NCBI GenBank assembly: GCA_048940925.1
Contig: JBHLOC010000003.1
Span: forward strand, 64,001 to 128,000
Length of the DNA: 64,000 nt
Direction of reading: 5' to 3'
Source: Promethearchaeota archaeon
GTDB lineage: Archaea; Asgardarchaeota; Lokiarchaeia; Sigyniarchaeales; SOKP01
This document shows positions 29,680-39,562 of the stretch, in pieces. Position 1 is the stretch's first letter, and each line of letters starts with the position of its first letter. The translations under genes were made by a program, and so were the position numbers. The notes beneath the pieces are model-generated. The model was not told where the DNA came from. It ran no database searches and worked only from the letters and a program-made list of their open reading frames with translations.

Positions 29680-30450
29680 CTAACCAAATCTTCCTGTTAT
29701 ATAATTTTCAGTTAAATGTTCTTTTGGATTCTCAAATATCTGAGTTGTTTCCCCAAATTCAATTAATTCCCCTAAATACATAAAACCTGTAAAATCACTA
29801 ATTCTTGCTGCTTGTTGCATATTATGGGTTACAATTACAACAGTCCATTCTTTCTTCAATTCAAGTATTAGTTCTTCAATTTTCCCAGTAGCAATTGGAT
29901 CTAAAGCTGAACATGGTTCATCCATTAAAATTATCTCAGGTTCAACTGCTAATGCTCTAGCTATGCACAATCTTTGTTGTTGTCCACCGGAGAGACTTGC
30001 TCCAGATTTTTCTAAATCATCCTTAACTTCATCCCATAATTGTGTTAATTTTAAATATTTTTCAACCATCATTTCTAATTTTTCTCTATTTCTTGTACCC
30101 TTTAGTTTAAGACCAACTATAACATTATTAAAGATTGACATAGTTGGAAACGGATTTGGTTTTTGAAAAACCATTCCTATTTTCCTCCTAACTAAAACAG
30201 AATCAATTGATTTATAATTATTGTTATTACCATATATATTATAATTGTCCATTGAAATGCTGCCGGTTACTTTAGCATTAGGTATTAGATCATGCATTCT
30301 ATTCATACTTCTAAGTAAAGTTGTTTTACCGCATCCCGATGGACCAATAATCGCAGTAATATGGTTTTTTTTAATATTCAAATTAATATTGTTTAAAACA
30401 TGTTTATCGCTAAACCATACATTTAAATTTTCAATTTTTAATTTAATCAA
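29680..30450 (-). CDS. pstB: Phosphate ABC transporter ATPase
   Basis: [50 protein letters not shown]. Confidence 0.97.
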   Translation of the reverse strand: MIKLKIENLNVWFSDKHVLNNINLNIKKNHITAIIGPSGCGKTTLLRSMNRMHDLIPNAKVTGSISMDNYNIYGNNNNYKSIDSVLVRRKIGMVFQKPNPFPTMSIFNNVIVGLKLKGTRNREKLEMMVEKYLKLTQLWDEVKDDLEKSGASLSGGQQQRLCIARALAVEPEIILMDEPCSALDPIATGKIEELILELKKEWTVVIVTHNMQQAARISDFTGFMYLGELIEFGETTQIFENPKEHLTENYITGRFG

Positions 30451-30462
30451 AATTCATCACAT

Positions 30463-31311
30463 CTAATATTTTTCCCTTGTTAAAATTCTAACCACGATAT
30501 TTAATAAAAGAACCAAAAATATTAAAACTAGCGCCGCACCCCAAGCTTTTGGCCAATCTATACTCACAAATGGAGATTGCGATGAGTTAAAAATTGTTAA
30601 TGGAAGCGCTGCTGTTGGCTCAAAAAAACTAGCGAAAAAGAATCTACTTCCAAGTATAGTTAATAGCAAAGGAGCTGTTTCTCCTGCTACTCTAGCAATT
30701 GCGAGTAATATGCCTGTTACTATCCCTTTTTTTGCTGTTGGAACAGTTATAGTTAAGGTTGTCTTCCATTGAGCTATTCCTAAAGCTAGAGCAGCTTCTC
30801 GAACCGTAGAAGGTACTATTTTAATAGATTCTTCTGTTGCTCTTGTTATTAAAGGAATCATCATTATTCCCAAAGCAAAACCACCAGCTAAAACTGACCA
30901 TCCCGTAATAGTTACAATCAATATCCAAGTAAAAATGCCGATAACAATTGAGGGCATGTTAGATAGAACATCATTTAAAAAACCAGCAGCAAAACTAATT
31001 TTACTATATGGATATTCTGCTAAAAAAATTCCAGAAAAAACGCCTATAGGTATTCCCAGTAAACATGCAAGCATAATTATTATTAATGTTCCTTGGATAG
31101 CAGGTCCAATTCCTCCTCCTGTTTGCCCTAATGGCGAAGTTTCTTGTGTTAAAAAATTTATATTCATTTGACTAATTCCATTAATAATAATTTCGTATAA
31201 AATGCTAATTAAAGGTATTAAACCAATAATTAGGGCAAAAAAACAGAATGATATCATTAAATAATTCTTGAATTTTCTGACTTTAAATCTTGTTTCTTCT
31301 GAAAAAGCCAT
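30463..31311 (-). CDS. pstA: Phosphate ABC transporter permease PstA
   Basis: PSIVIG, REAALALG, ARVAGETAPL; ATG 31311 preferred (track start 31326). Confidence 0.95.
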   Translation of the reverse strand: MAFSEETRFKVRKFKNYLMISFCFFALIIGLIPLISILYEIIINGISQMNINFLTQETSPLGQTGGGIGPAIQGTLIIIMLACLLGIPIGVFSGIFLAEYPYSKISFAAGFLNDVLSNMPSIVIGIFTWILIVTITGWSVLAGGFALGIMMIPLITRATEESIKIVPSTVREAALALGIAQWKTTLTITVPTAKKGIVTGILLAIARVAGETAPLLLTILGSRFFFASFFEPTAALPLTIFNSSQSPFVSIDWPKAWGAALVLIFLVLLLNIVVRILTREKY

Positions 31312-31312
31312 C

Positions 31313-32323
31313 TTAAAACGTCTCAACTCCTTTGAATTTCCTCATAGTATATCGGATTATTAATCTTGCCGTAACATTAACAATTAAAGCCATTATTAAT
31401 AATACAAATCCTACCTCAATTAAAGCTGAAAGATAAACTTCTGGAGAACTAGCCTCCGTAAATTCATTAGCTACTAATGATGCTAAAGTATAAGTAGGAT
31501 CAAATAAAGAGTGAAATAGATTAAATGAGTTTCCAATAACCATCGTTACAGCCATTGTTTCTCCTATTGCTCGACCAAGTCCTAAAATCACCGCTCCTAT
31601 CACGCCTGATCGTCCATATTTTCTAATAATTTTTGTTGACTCCCATTTTGTTGCACCTAATGCTATAATAGCTTCTTTTTGACTCTTTGGAACCGCCGCA
31701 AATATATCTCGAGAAATGGCAGTGATAGTAGGAATTATCATAATTGCTAAGATAATTCCACCTGTTAAAACATTATATCCATGAGTTGCTCCTTGAAAAA
31801 TCGGGATAAAACCAAATATATTTTGAATGACGGGATATACATTTTGATTTAAAAATGGTATAAGGGTAAATATACCCCAAAGTCCATAAATTACACTTGG
31901 TATAGCTGCTAATAGTTCTACTAGAAATGAAACCCAAAAGTTAAATCTTTTTGAAGTGAATTCAGAGAGAGTTAAAGCAATTCCTATGCTTATAGGAAAA
32001 CTTATAAGAATTGCAATTAAAGAGGTAACTAGAGTTCCTAACATCGGAGGTAAAATTCCAAATACAGGAGGAGCGTTAGGATCTGCGGGAGTTGGGTTCC
32101 ACTCGGTTCCCCAAAGAAATTCAAATCCGTAAGTTTCAATTGAAAGATAGGAACGCAAAAAAAGAAAGAGAATCATTAATCCAATTATTATAAATATTAA
32201 AAATGATATGAACCCTAAAAAAGATTTAAAAATTAAATCTCCACTAATTTTTCTTTTTAAAATGAATTTTTTTTTTTTATTTTTTTGATTATTTTTAGGG
32301 ACTATAGATAATTGTTCTTTCAT
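31313..32323 (-). CDS. pstC: Phosphate ABC transporter permease PstC
   Basis: ELLAAIPSVIYGLWG, ALGATKWE, GRAIGETMAVTMVIGN. Confidence 0.96.
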   Translation of the reverse strand: MKEQLSIVPKNNQKNKKKKFILKRKISGDLIFKSFLGFISFLIFIIIGLMILFLFLRSYLSIETYGFEFLWGTEWNPTPADPNAPPVFGILPPMLGTLVTSLIAILISFPISIGIALTLSEFTSKRFNFWVSFLVELLAAIPSVIYGLWGIFTLIPFLNQNVYPVIQNIFGFIPIFQGATHGYNVLTGGIILAIMIIPTITAISRDIFAAVPKSQKEAIIALGATKWESTKIIRKYGRSGVIGAVILGLGRAIGETMAVTMVIGNSFNLFHSLFDPTYTLASLVANEFTEASSPEVYLSALIEVGFVLLIMALIVNVTARLIIRYTMRKFKGVETF

Positions 32324-32410
32324 TAGGCTTTTTATACCATTAAACTATTAAGATATCTTTTGAGTTTCAAAATAAAATACAAAAAAAAATATTATTAAAT
32401 TACTAATTCA

Positions 32411-33532
32411 TTATGCCCAAGTATTTACGATTTCCCCATCAAATATTATAGAACGTAAACTCACTTCATTTATCGCTATTACCGCATCAGGAATTTCAAC
32501 ATAGTGTAAGCCTTCCGCGTAGGATTGAGCTTGATGAGTACACCACCATAACCAATTTGTTAAAGCCTTTGCTTTTGCTAATGTCATACCAGGAATTACA
32601 TTCAGTTCCTTATAAACTAGTATATAAGAAAATGAAGAAATAGGATAAGCATCTCCAGCTCCAGGACCAGTTTTAAAATAAGTGCCAACAGGTTCCCAAT
32701 TTTCATCGCCAGCAGGTAAAGTAACAGCAGCATAAGCTGCTGCTTTTGCTATTGTTGTAGTATTAGCTAACGAATAAATTCCAGCTCTATTTTGAATTAA
32801 AGCATAATCAATACCACTTTCAAGTGCGTATGCTAATTCAATATAACCAAGTGAATATTCATTAGCTTGAAGATATGCCGCAATACCAGAATTTCCTTTT
32901 TGACCTAAAGTATCTGCATGCCAATCTATGGTTTTGGATGCCCCATACGTAGAATTCCACATTGCACTCTCATCAGATAAAAAGGTGGTAAATACAGCTG
33001 TAGATCCACTTGAATCTGATCTGTGAACAACAGTTATTTCATGACTTGGTAAAGTAACTGCAGGATTCAAAGCGGTTAAGTTGGCATGATCCCACATGGT
33101 AATCAACCTCGCAAATATTTGGGCGATTACAGGTCCAGTTAAATTAATAGGTACTGATATTCCCGGAAGATTATAAGCAACTAAAATTCCTCCTATTGTC
33201 ATGGGTAATTGTAAAGTATTCGGCGCTGCTTCCCATTCAGATGTCTTCATTGGTGGATCTGAAGCACCAAAATCTACTGTTTTTGCAGTATGTTGCTGAA
33301 TTCCCCCACCACTACCAATACCCTCATAGTCCACTTGGATTCCTGTGAGACTATTAAACTCTAAAGACCATTTTTGATATAGAGGTGCTGGGAAAGTAGC
33401 ACCTGCTCCACTGAGTCTCATTGGCGTCTCAGGTTGAGTTAGAACAAACATTCCAGCACTAAACCCAATCACCGTTCCAACTAAGGCAATTGCTAAAATA
33501 TATATTATTGATCGTTCTCGCATTTTAAACAC
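32411..33532 (-). CDS. pstS: Phosphate-binding protein PstS
   Basis: GAGATFPAPLY, GSGGG, DFGASD, RSDSSGST, YPISSF; start may be ATG 33523. Confidence 0.96.
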   Translation of the reverse strand: MFKMRERSIIYILAIALVGTVIGFSAGMFVLTQPETPMRLSGAGATFPAPLYQKWSLEFNSLTGIQVDYEGIGSGGGIQQHTAKTVDFGASDPPMKTSEWEAAPNTLQLPMTIGGILVAYNLPGISVPINLTGPVIAQIFARLITMWDHANLTALNPAVTLPSHEITVVHRSDSSGSTAVFTTFLSDESAMWNSTYGASKTIDWHADTLGQKGNSGIAAYLQANEYSLGYIELAYALESGIDYALIQNRAGIYSLANTTTIAKAAAYAAVTLPAGDENWEPVGTYFKTGPGAGDAYPISSFSYILVYKELNVIPGMTLAKAKALTNWLWWCTHQAQSYAEGLHYVEIPDAVIAINEVSLRSIIFDGEIVNTWA

Positions 33533-33632
33533 TTTTATTATGAAACTTAAGTTTTTGTTTAAATTTGGTTATAGAAAGGATTTGCTTATTCAATATAAGG
33601 AATCTCGTCATAGTATATATTGAGTTATTTAC

Positions 33633-33652
33633 CCTATATATTCTATAGAGAT
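33633..33652 (-). promoter_or_regulatory. Candidate phosphate-regulon box upstream of pstS
   Basis: Minus strand ATCTCTATAGAATATATAGG, 19/20 identical to 21979-21998. Confidence 0.55.
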
Positions 33653-33801
33653 AGACTTTATTGATCTTCCCAACGGCATCTAAGTATTGTTATTGAGTTA
33701 ATAGTCTCTGTTGTTTTTTATCAAAAATATCAAACTATATAGAGAATACTGAAATAATTATACTCTATTGCAAAGTTTTATAATTGATTTAGTATTGTCA
33801 T

Positions 33802-33917
33802 ATATATAGAATATAGAAAGTATATATAATATATAGTTTAAGTATAAAATAATCCTATTATTTATTCTAAATAACTAAATTGAGTTAATATTGATATTTT
33901 TTATTCTATATAGAATA
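33802..33917 (+). promoter_or_regulatory. Candidate phosphate-regulon boxes upstream of the AbrB-PhoU regulator
   Basis: Four phased 9-mers at 33802-33837 and a perfect palindrome TATTCTATATAGAATA at 33902-33917. Confidence 0.5.
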
Positions 33918-33954
33918 CTAATTTTAAACCAATTTAAATTAACAAGGGATAAAA

Positions 33955-34959
33955 ATGAGTTTACATATAGAGACAAGAAAAGTTCAGAAGACAGGTGGAT
34001 CCAGTTATATCATTTCCCTTCCTAAAGTATGGATAGATAAGCATGGTGTTGAAAAGAATGATACATTAGGTATTCTTAGCCAACCAGATGGGAATTTACT
34101 TATTACTCCCAAGATAAATTCTGAAGAATATATAAGAAGTAAAATCTTTGATATTGATGAAGTAACCGATTCACAGTATTTATTTCGGCTTTTAATCGGA
34201 GCCTATATTATGGGTTATACTATTATAACAATAAAATCAAGTAAGAAGTTTGAACCTTTTATAAGAGAATGCGTTACAAATTTCACCCAAATTGCTATAG
34301 GTCCAGAAATCATAGAAGAATCTAATAATTTCATAACTATAAAAGATTTGCTTAATCCTAAGGAAATGCCATTTGAAAAGACAATAAAAAGGATGTATAT
34401 TTTGGTCCAAAGTATGCATGAAGATGCTATAAAAGCCCTTGATACAGGGGATAAGCCTTTAGCAGAAGAAATTATTAAGAGGGACGATGATGTTGATAGA
34501 CTACACTGGTTAATCGGTCGTCAGGCTCATATTGTGCTCAGAGACATTATTTTATGTCAAAAAATGGGGATTACATTGGAACAAGCGAGTCATTTTCATC
34601 AGATGAGCCGTTTTTTAGAAAGGATAGGAGATCACGCCTCAAAGATTGCAAAGAATGTGTTAATCATTCTAGAACATAAAATTGATGAACAACTTAATAA
34701 AGAAATCAAAGTAGCAAGTAAAGTATCGTTGGACTTATTAAATAAAAGCCTTGATGCATGGCTTCAAAAAAGTATTACTTTAGCGAATGAAAATATTGAA
34801 GAAATAAGGGATTTGATCTCAACTACCGAAAAAATAAGTCTTAATACCAATGGCAGTGCTCAAGTTTCAATAGCAATAGGATACATTCTTGAATCTATAA
34901 GGAGAACTAGTGAATATGCGGGAGATATATGTGAAATTATAATTAATAATTTAATATAA
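33955..34959 (+). CDS. Archaeal phosphate uptake regulator (AbrB/SpoVT DNA-binding domain + PhoU domains)
   Basis: RKVQKTGGSSYIISLPKVW; RDDDVDRL, LERIGDHA; divergent from pstS. Confidence 0.93.
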   Translation: MSLHIETRKVQKTGGSSYIISLPKVWIDKHGVEKNDTLGILSQPDGNLLITPKINSEEYIRSKIFDIDEVTDSQYLFRLLIGAYIMGYTIITIKSSKKFEPFIRECVTNFTQIAIGPEIIEESNNFITIKDLLNPKEMPFEKTIKRMYILVQSMHEDAIKALDTGDKPLAEEIIKRDDDVDRLHWLIGRQAHIVLRDIILCQKMGITLEQASHFHQMSRFLERIGDHASKIAKNVLIILEHKIDEQLNKEIKVASKVSLDLLNKSLDAWLQKSITLANENIEEIRDLISTTEKISLNTNGSAQVSIAIGYILESIRRTSEYAGDICEIIINNLI

Positions 34960-35038
34960 TTTTCTTTAAAGATTTATTTATTTTTTTACTTACCTTTTTA
35001 CGATAAGTTTAAAAGTACGCATATCTTCACATGACAAT

Positions 35039-35731
35039 TTATATTTTTTCGGTACCAATTAACAATACCATAATATAATCAGCAACAGCTTCTATTGAAT
35101 CAGATATCGCTTCAAGAATATCAAAAACATTTCCTGCAGTGAAAATAGTAAAAAAGTTAACCTTGTAATCAGTATCTTGAAGATTCTTTCTTAATTTAAT
35201 ATTAAGTAGATCTACTTCATGTTCCAGCTGATTAACTTGCTTAGCATAATCTTTTAAATGCTTTCTTTCTTCAAGTAAATCGATTACCATTTTATCTAAA
35301 AATTGAACACAATCAACTGTATTTTTCATCATTTCAGAGATTAGATTGATGGTTTCTATGCTGCTTTGTTCCCAAAATTTTAATGGAATGGTATTAACTC
35401 TACGAGCAACTCCCGTACAGCAATTTGCAACATCATCCATTCTTTTAATTAAATGTGATAAGTCTTGACGTACACTTGGATTTAATTCACCTCTTGAAAC
35501 ATCTTTTTGAATTTCTCTTCTTAATTTATCTGCATTTCTTTCTAAAAGATCAACTTCATGAAAAATTTCGTGAGATTTGTCAAGATCTTTTTCTTTTAAT
35601 AAAATTTGTAAACCAGTACCTAATTTTTTTACACATTCTTGAACTATTTGTGCGTGTTTAACGGACTTCTCCAACGCATTGACTGCAGTCTCTCGCTTTA
35701 AATATTCAATTAAAGATCCTATCCATATCAC
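35039..35731 (-). CDS. DUF47 / PhoU_div protein
   Basis: LERNADKLRR, RMDDVAN, LEHEVD, EAISDSIEAVAD; downstream of the Pit gene. Confidence 0.88.
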   Translation of the reverse strand: MIWIGSLIEYLKRETAVNALEKSVKHAQIVQECVKKLGTGLQILLKEKDLDKSHEIFHEVDLLERNADKLRREIQKDVSRGELNPSVRQDLSHLIKRMDDVANCCTGVARRVNTIPLKFWEQSSIETINLISEMMKNTVDCVQFLDKMVIDLLEERKHLKDYAKQVNQLEHEVDLLNIKLRKNLQDTDYKVNFFTIFTAGNVFDILEAISDSIEAVADYIMVLLIGTEKI

Positions 35732-35800
35732 CTATTTTTTCTACTATATCTAAGTTCAATATAAATATATGTAATATATATATTTTTTATAATTGATCGA

Positions 35801-36838
35801 TCACGAAAATCCAAAAATATTTAGCCCATAATATAAAACACCCGCAAAAATAGCAGCAACAGGAAAGGTAAGAACCCAGAAGGCACCCATCTTAGCTAGT
35901 CCTTTAGAATCTATTTCTTTTTTTTGAGCAAGATTTAATCCAATTATACAAAATACAATCACATGGCTGTGTGAAATTGGAAGTCCATATAAAGTAGCCA
36001 TCATTAAAATAAATGCTGAACTCATTTGAATAATAAATCCCTCACTAGGGCGTGTATTTATCATATGAGAAGCCAAATTTTTGATTACATATCTTGCAGC
36101 AATATAAATACCAAGGAAAGCAAAAATCCCGCATATAATAACATAACTGACATATTCACTATTACTTATAGAATTATTTTCTCTTAGCCCTAAAAGAATT
36201 CCTAAAGCCTCTCCTGAATTAGCTCCGACCCAAATCTCAGCAAATAAAACTGCGAACAGTAAAAGCCATTTAAATGATTTTTCAGATTTTTCAATCTGAT
36301 TAAGACCTCTTAAACGAGATAAAAATAATTTAGCACTAACTTTAAAGAATATATAAGTAATTAATAATCCTAATAATGGAGAAATAAACCAACTTAAAAT
36401 AACATCTCTTAATTTATCATAATTAAATGCGTTATTGAGATTAACTCCTCCTTGAAAAAAAGTATAGACAAAAACCACTCCAACTATACTTCCAATTAAA
36501 GAATGAGTGCTACTTAGAGGGATCCCAGCAAAACTACCAATAACTAACCATAAAATACTACTAACCACAACAGTTAAAAGCATATAATTAGTATATTTTT
36601 CTTCAAGACCTTCACCTAAAAGATTTTTACCAACAGTTTCTGGCACGAAACCTTGGCTAAAAAGAATCATACCTCCACCTATAGCAATTCCTCCTAAAAT
36701 CAAAGCTATTTTAAATTTTAATGCACCTGCACCTACTAATGCCGAAAGAGTCTCATCATTGGCTCCTATTGCAAAAGCTAGACCAACAGCCATAATTATT
36801 AATATTAAAATTAGAGCTAAGTTGAGATCATCAGTCAT
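35801..36838 (-). CDS. pit: PiT/PHO4 family inorganic phosphate transporter
   Basis: GAND, V.ETVG, PLSSTH, SWFISP, GAN, PISHSH, WVLTFP. Confidence 0.88.
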   Translation of the reverse strand: MTDDLNLALILILIIMAVGLAFAIGANDETLSALVGAGALKFKIALILGGIAIGGGMILFSQGFVPETVGKNLLGEGLEEKYTNYMLLTVVVSSILWLVIGSFAGIPLSSTHSLIGSIVGVVFVYTFFQGGVNLNNAFNYDKLRDVILSWFISPLLGLLITYIFFKVSAKLFLSRLRGLNQIEKSEKSFKWLLLFAVLFAEIWVGANSGEALGILLGLRENNSISNSEYVSYVIICGIFAFLGIYIAARYVIKNLASHMINTRPSEGFIIQMSSAFILMMATLYGLPISHSHVIVFCIIGLNLAQKKEIDSKGLAKMGAFWVLTFPVAAIFAGVLYYGLNIFGFS

Positions 36839-36860
36839 AATGAATCAAAATAAGTCATTT

Positions 36861-37532
36861 TCAATCAAAAATTAAGTATTTAGTTGCTAAGAATTGAATA
36901 TCTTCTGAAAAGTTTTTAATATGATCAGCTAACATCATTATATCTTCTATTAATTCTTTGAGATAAATGAATGTTCGAGATAAATAATCCATATCGTAGT
37001 TATATAATCTGTTTAATAGCTGCCATTCTTCTTTTCGCATTTTTCTTCTTTCTTCTTTAACTTTCTCACAAATAAAATGAGCTTCACTGAGATCAGATCC
37101 TATTGATTTAACGGCATTAGATAAATCATTCGAGATCATCCTTAAAGATTTAAGAATACTTAAAATTTGCAATTTAAATTCCTCATCGGGGAATACAACT
37201 CTATAAAGAAGCATTTTATTTGCTAAAAATTCCCCAATATTTTTTATATCATTTATTTTTTTGAATAATTTTAATCTATCTGCTTTTGAAAACATTAATT
37301 TTGATTTAAATATTTTAGATTCAAATTTCTTTTTAATTTTGACTTCTTTATTAGTTTCTATTACATAATTTAAATTTTTCTCAAAATTTTCAAAATTCTC
37401 CTCTACAAGAAATTCAATTCCTCTAATTAGCCTTAAATTTTGTTCATTTATTACATCCATGAAAAGTTTAGTTAACTCATCTATACTTAGCTTATTTATT
37501 TCTTTTTCACTAAGCTCTTCCATTTTAATCAT
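36861..37532 (-). CDS. Divergent DUF47-like protein
   Basis: Two helical-bundle repeats, ADRLKL..KINDI, LADHIKN; directly upstream of pit. Confidence 0.6.
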   Translation of the reverse strand: MIKMEELSEKEINKLSIDELTKLFMDVINEQNLRLIRGIEFLVEENFENFEKNLNYVIETNKEVKIKKKFESKIFKSKLMFSKADRLKLFKKINDIKNIGEFLANKMLLYRVVFPDEEFKLQILSILKSLRMISNDLSNAVKSIGSDLSEAHFICEKVKEERRKMRKEEWQLLNRLYNYDMDYLSRTFIYLKELIEDIMMLADHIKNFSEDIQFLATKYLIFD

Positions 37533-37685
37533 CTAGAATGACAGTATATACCTAATTTAATCAGTTCTCTCTATATAATACAATATATTTCAATATAAAT
37601 ACTATCTTAAATATAGTTTTATGATTCAGTTATTAATCTTCAAATAAATAAAAGAAGGTTTTGATATATTAAATAAAATTAAATT

Positions 37686-38567
37686 TTAATTAATTTGCCA
37701 ATTAATGAGAGAAATGATTAAATTAGTTTTTGATAAAGCTCCTCTGGTTATTTGTTCTATGATACTTTCCTTTCCAAATATCCTTTTAAGTATTTTTCTT
37801 ACAATTCGTTTTTCAGAATATCCCCCATTACGAAGCTTTTTATACTGTTCATGGACTTTTATATGCAATTTCTGAATTTCATTTATTTTTTTCATTAAGA
37901 AATCTCTTCCATTGAGAATACCATTTCCAGCTGAAAAAATTAATAGTTGATCCATCCCCTTTGTGAAATTATAAAGAGATTGAAGAGATTGATAAATTAG
38001 TGAGATATCCTCTGGTATATCACTCTTTTCACCGAATATCATTTTATATTTTGGTTGTACTGCATCAGCAACAAAAGCCCATTGTTGTTGTTTTTCAATT
38101 AAGGTAATTAACTCTGGAGCATGGCCTGGCATTGGAAATAAATCAAAAGCATATTTTTTGGAGCGTGTAATTAGCTGATTTTTAATTGCTTTTGCATTAA
38201 CTGGTAATAATTTAATTCCCCATGCAATTTGGCGATAATCAGGATATTTTCTTCCTCTTTTTAAAATTTCTCTAGCTTTCTCACCAGTATATATAGGAAT
38301 TCCAAATTCTTTATTCAACATATGAGCGCCTCCAGCATGATCTTCATGTGTATGGGTAATAAAACACTTGTCAATCATTTTATCTGGAGTTAAGGATCGT
38401 ATAAATTCTCTTAAATCTTTTTCTCCCCCAGGGGCCCCAGAATCAATAAGAAGCCCATCAACTAAATAACAAGAAGTCCAATATGGGTAAGGCATTAATT
38501 TATTATCTGAAGCCCATTGCCATTCTATGATTTCCTTATTGGAATGATATTTTATTTTAACTACCAA
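37686..38567 (-). CDS. MBL-fold metallo-hydrolase
   Basis: LIDSG, THTHEDH, PGH, AD. Confidence 0.88.
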   Translation of the reverse strand: MVVKIKYHSNKEIIEWQWASDNKLMPYPYWTSCYLVDGLLIDSGAPGGEKDLREFIRSLTPDKMIDKCFITHTHEDHAGGAHMLNKEFGIPIYTGEKAREILKRGRKYPDYRQIAWGIKLLPVNAKAIKNQLITRSKKYAFDLFPMPGHAPELITLIEKQQQWAFVADAVQPKYKMIFGEKSDIPEDISLIYQSLQSLYNFTKGMDQLLIFSAGNGILNGRDFLMKKINEIQKLHIKVHEQYKKLRNGGYSEKRIVRKILKRIFGKESIIEQITRGALSKTNLIISLINWQIN

Positions 38568-38613
38568 GAATCAAAGGCTCCTACTCATTTTTAATATTCC
38601 AATATCAGCAGTT

Positions 38614-39438
38614 TTATTTACCCTTCCATTTTGGTTTTTGCTTTTGTATTCTTGCCATAACTCCAGTCATGAAATCTTTTGATGTTAATAATTGAGAATT
38701 TACCAGTCCTTCTAATTCTAATCCAAATTCAAAATTTTGCCCATAAATATCATCAATTAACTTTTTCCCTAAACCTACTGCTAATGGGGCACTATCAATC
38801 AATTCATCAGAGTATTTTTTTACTAATGCATCTAATTCTTCTCTACTTTTTGCTATTCCATTTACTATACCCATTCTATATACCTCAATTCCATTAAGAT
38901 TTCTTCCTGTTAACACAATATCCTTAGCATGTGCAATCCCACAGAGTCGTGTTAGTCGGGTAGTTCCAGATACATCGGGGATAATTCCTACCTTTACTTC
39001 AGGCATACTAAATATAGCATCTTCTAAAGCAAATCGAAAATCACATGCAAGTGCTAACTCAAATCCTAATCCTAAACAAAAACCCTCAATTCTAGCTATA
39101 AATGGCTTTTCTATTTTTCCAATTTTTGTAACTATTGGATGAAATTTAGTATTCAAAAAATATCTGAAATGTGGTGGTGTATTTAGATCAAGGCTTCTCT
39201 CTCCTCCAGAAGAGTCTCGTCCTGCTAAAGTATTCAAATCAATTCCAGAGCTAAAATAATCTGCTGCTCCTGTTAATATGATAATCCGAGTTTTTGAATT
39301 TTCTGCTTCTTCAATTGCTTTATCTAAACCATCGATAACTTCCCAATTTATAGCGTTTCTTTTCTCTAGCCGATTTAATTTAATTGTAGTTATAGTTTGG
39401 TCTTCATTTTCTTCTACTAAGACTACATTATTTACCAT
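38614..39438 (-). CDS. Enoyl-CoA hydratase/isomerase
   Basis: LNRLEKRNA, FSSGIDL, GFELALACD, PEVKVG. Confidence 0.93.
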   Translation of the reverse strand: MVNNVVLVEENEDQTITTIKLNRLEKRNAINWEVIDGLDKAIEEAENSKTRIIILTGAADYFSSGIDLNTLAGRDSSGGERSLDLNTPPHFRYFLNTKFHPIVTKIGKIEKPFIARIEGFCLGLGFELALACDFRFALEDAIFSMPEVKVGIIPDVSGTTRLTRLCGIAHAKDIVLTGRNLNGIEVYRMGIVNGIAKSREELDALVKKYSDELIDSAPLAVGLGKKLIDDIYGQNFEFGLELEGLVNSQLLTSKDFMTGVMARIQKQKPKWKGK

Positions 39439-39562
39439 AATTTTTTTCTCCTTATATAATTCAATTTAAAGTGAATAATTAAAAGAATTAAAGTAAATTG
39501 AAATAAAAAAATTTTTCAATATTTTAAAAAAAGTTAGAATGCGAGAGATAAACTAGAGTTTT

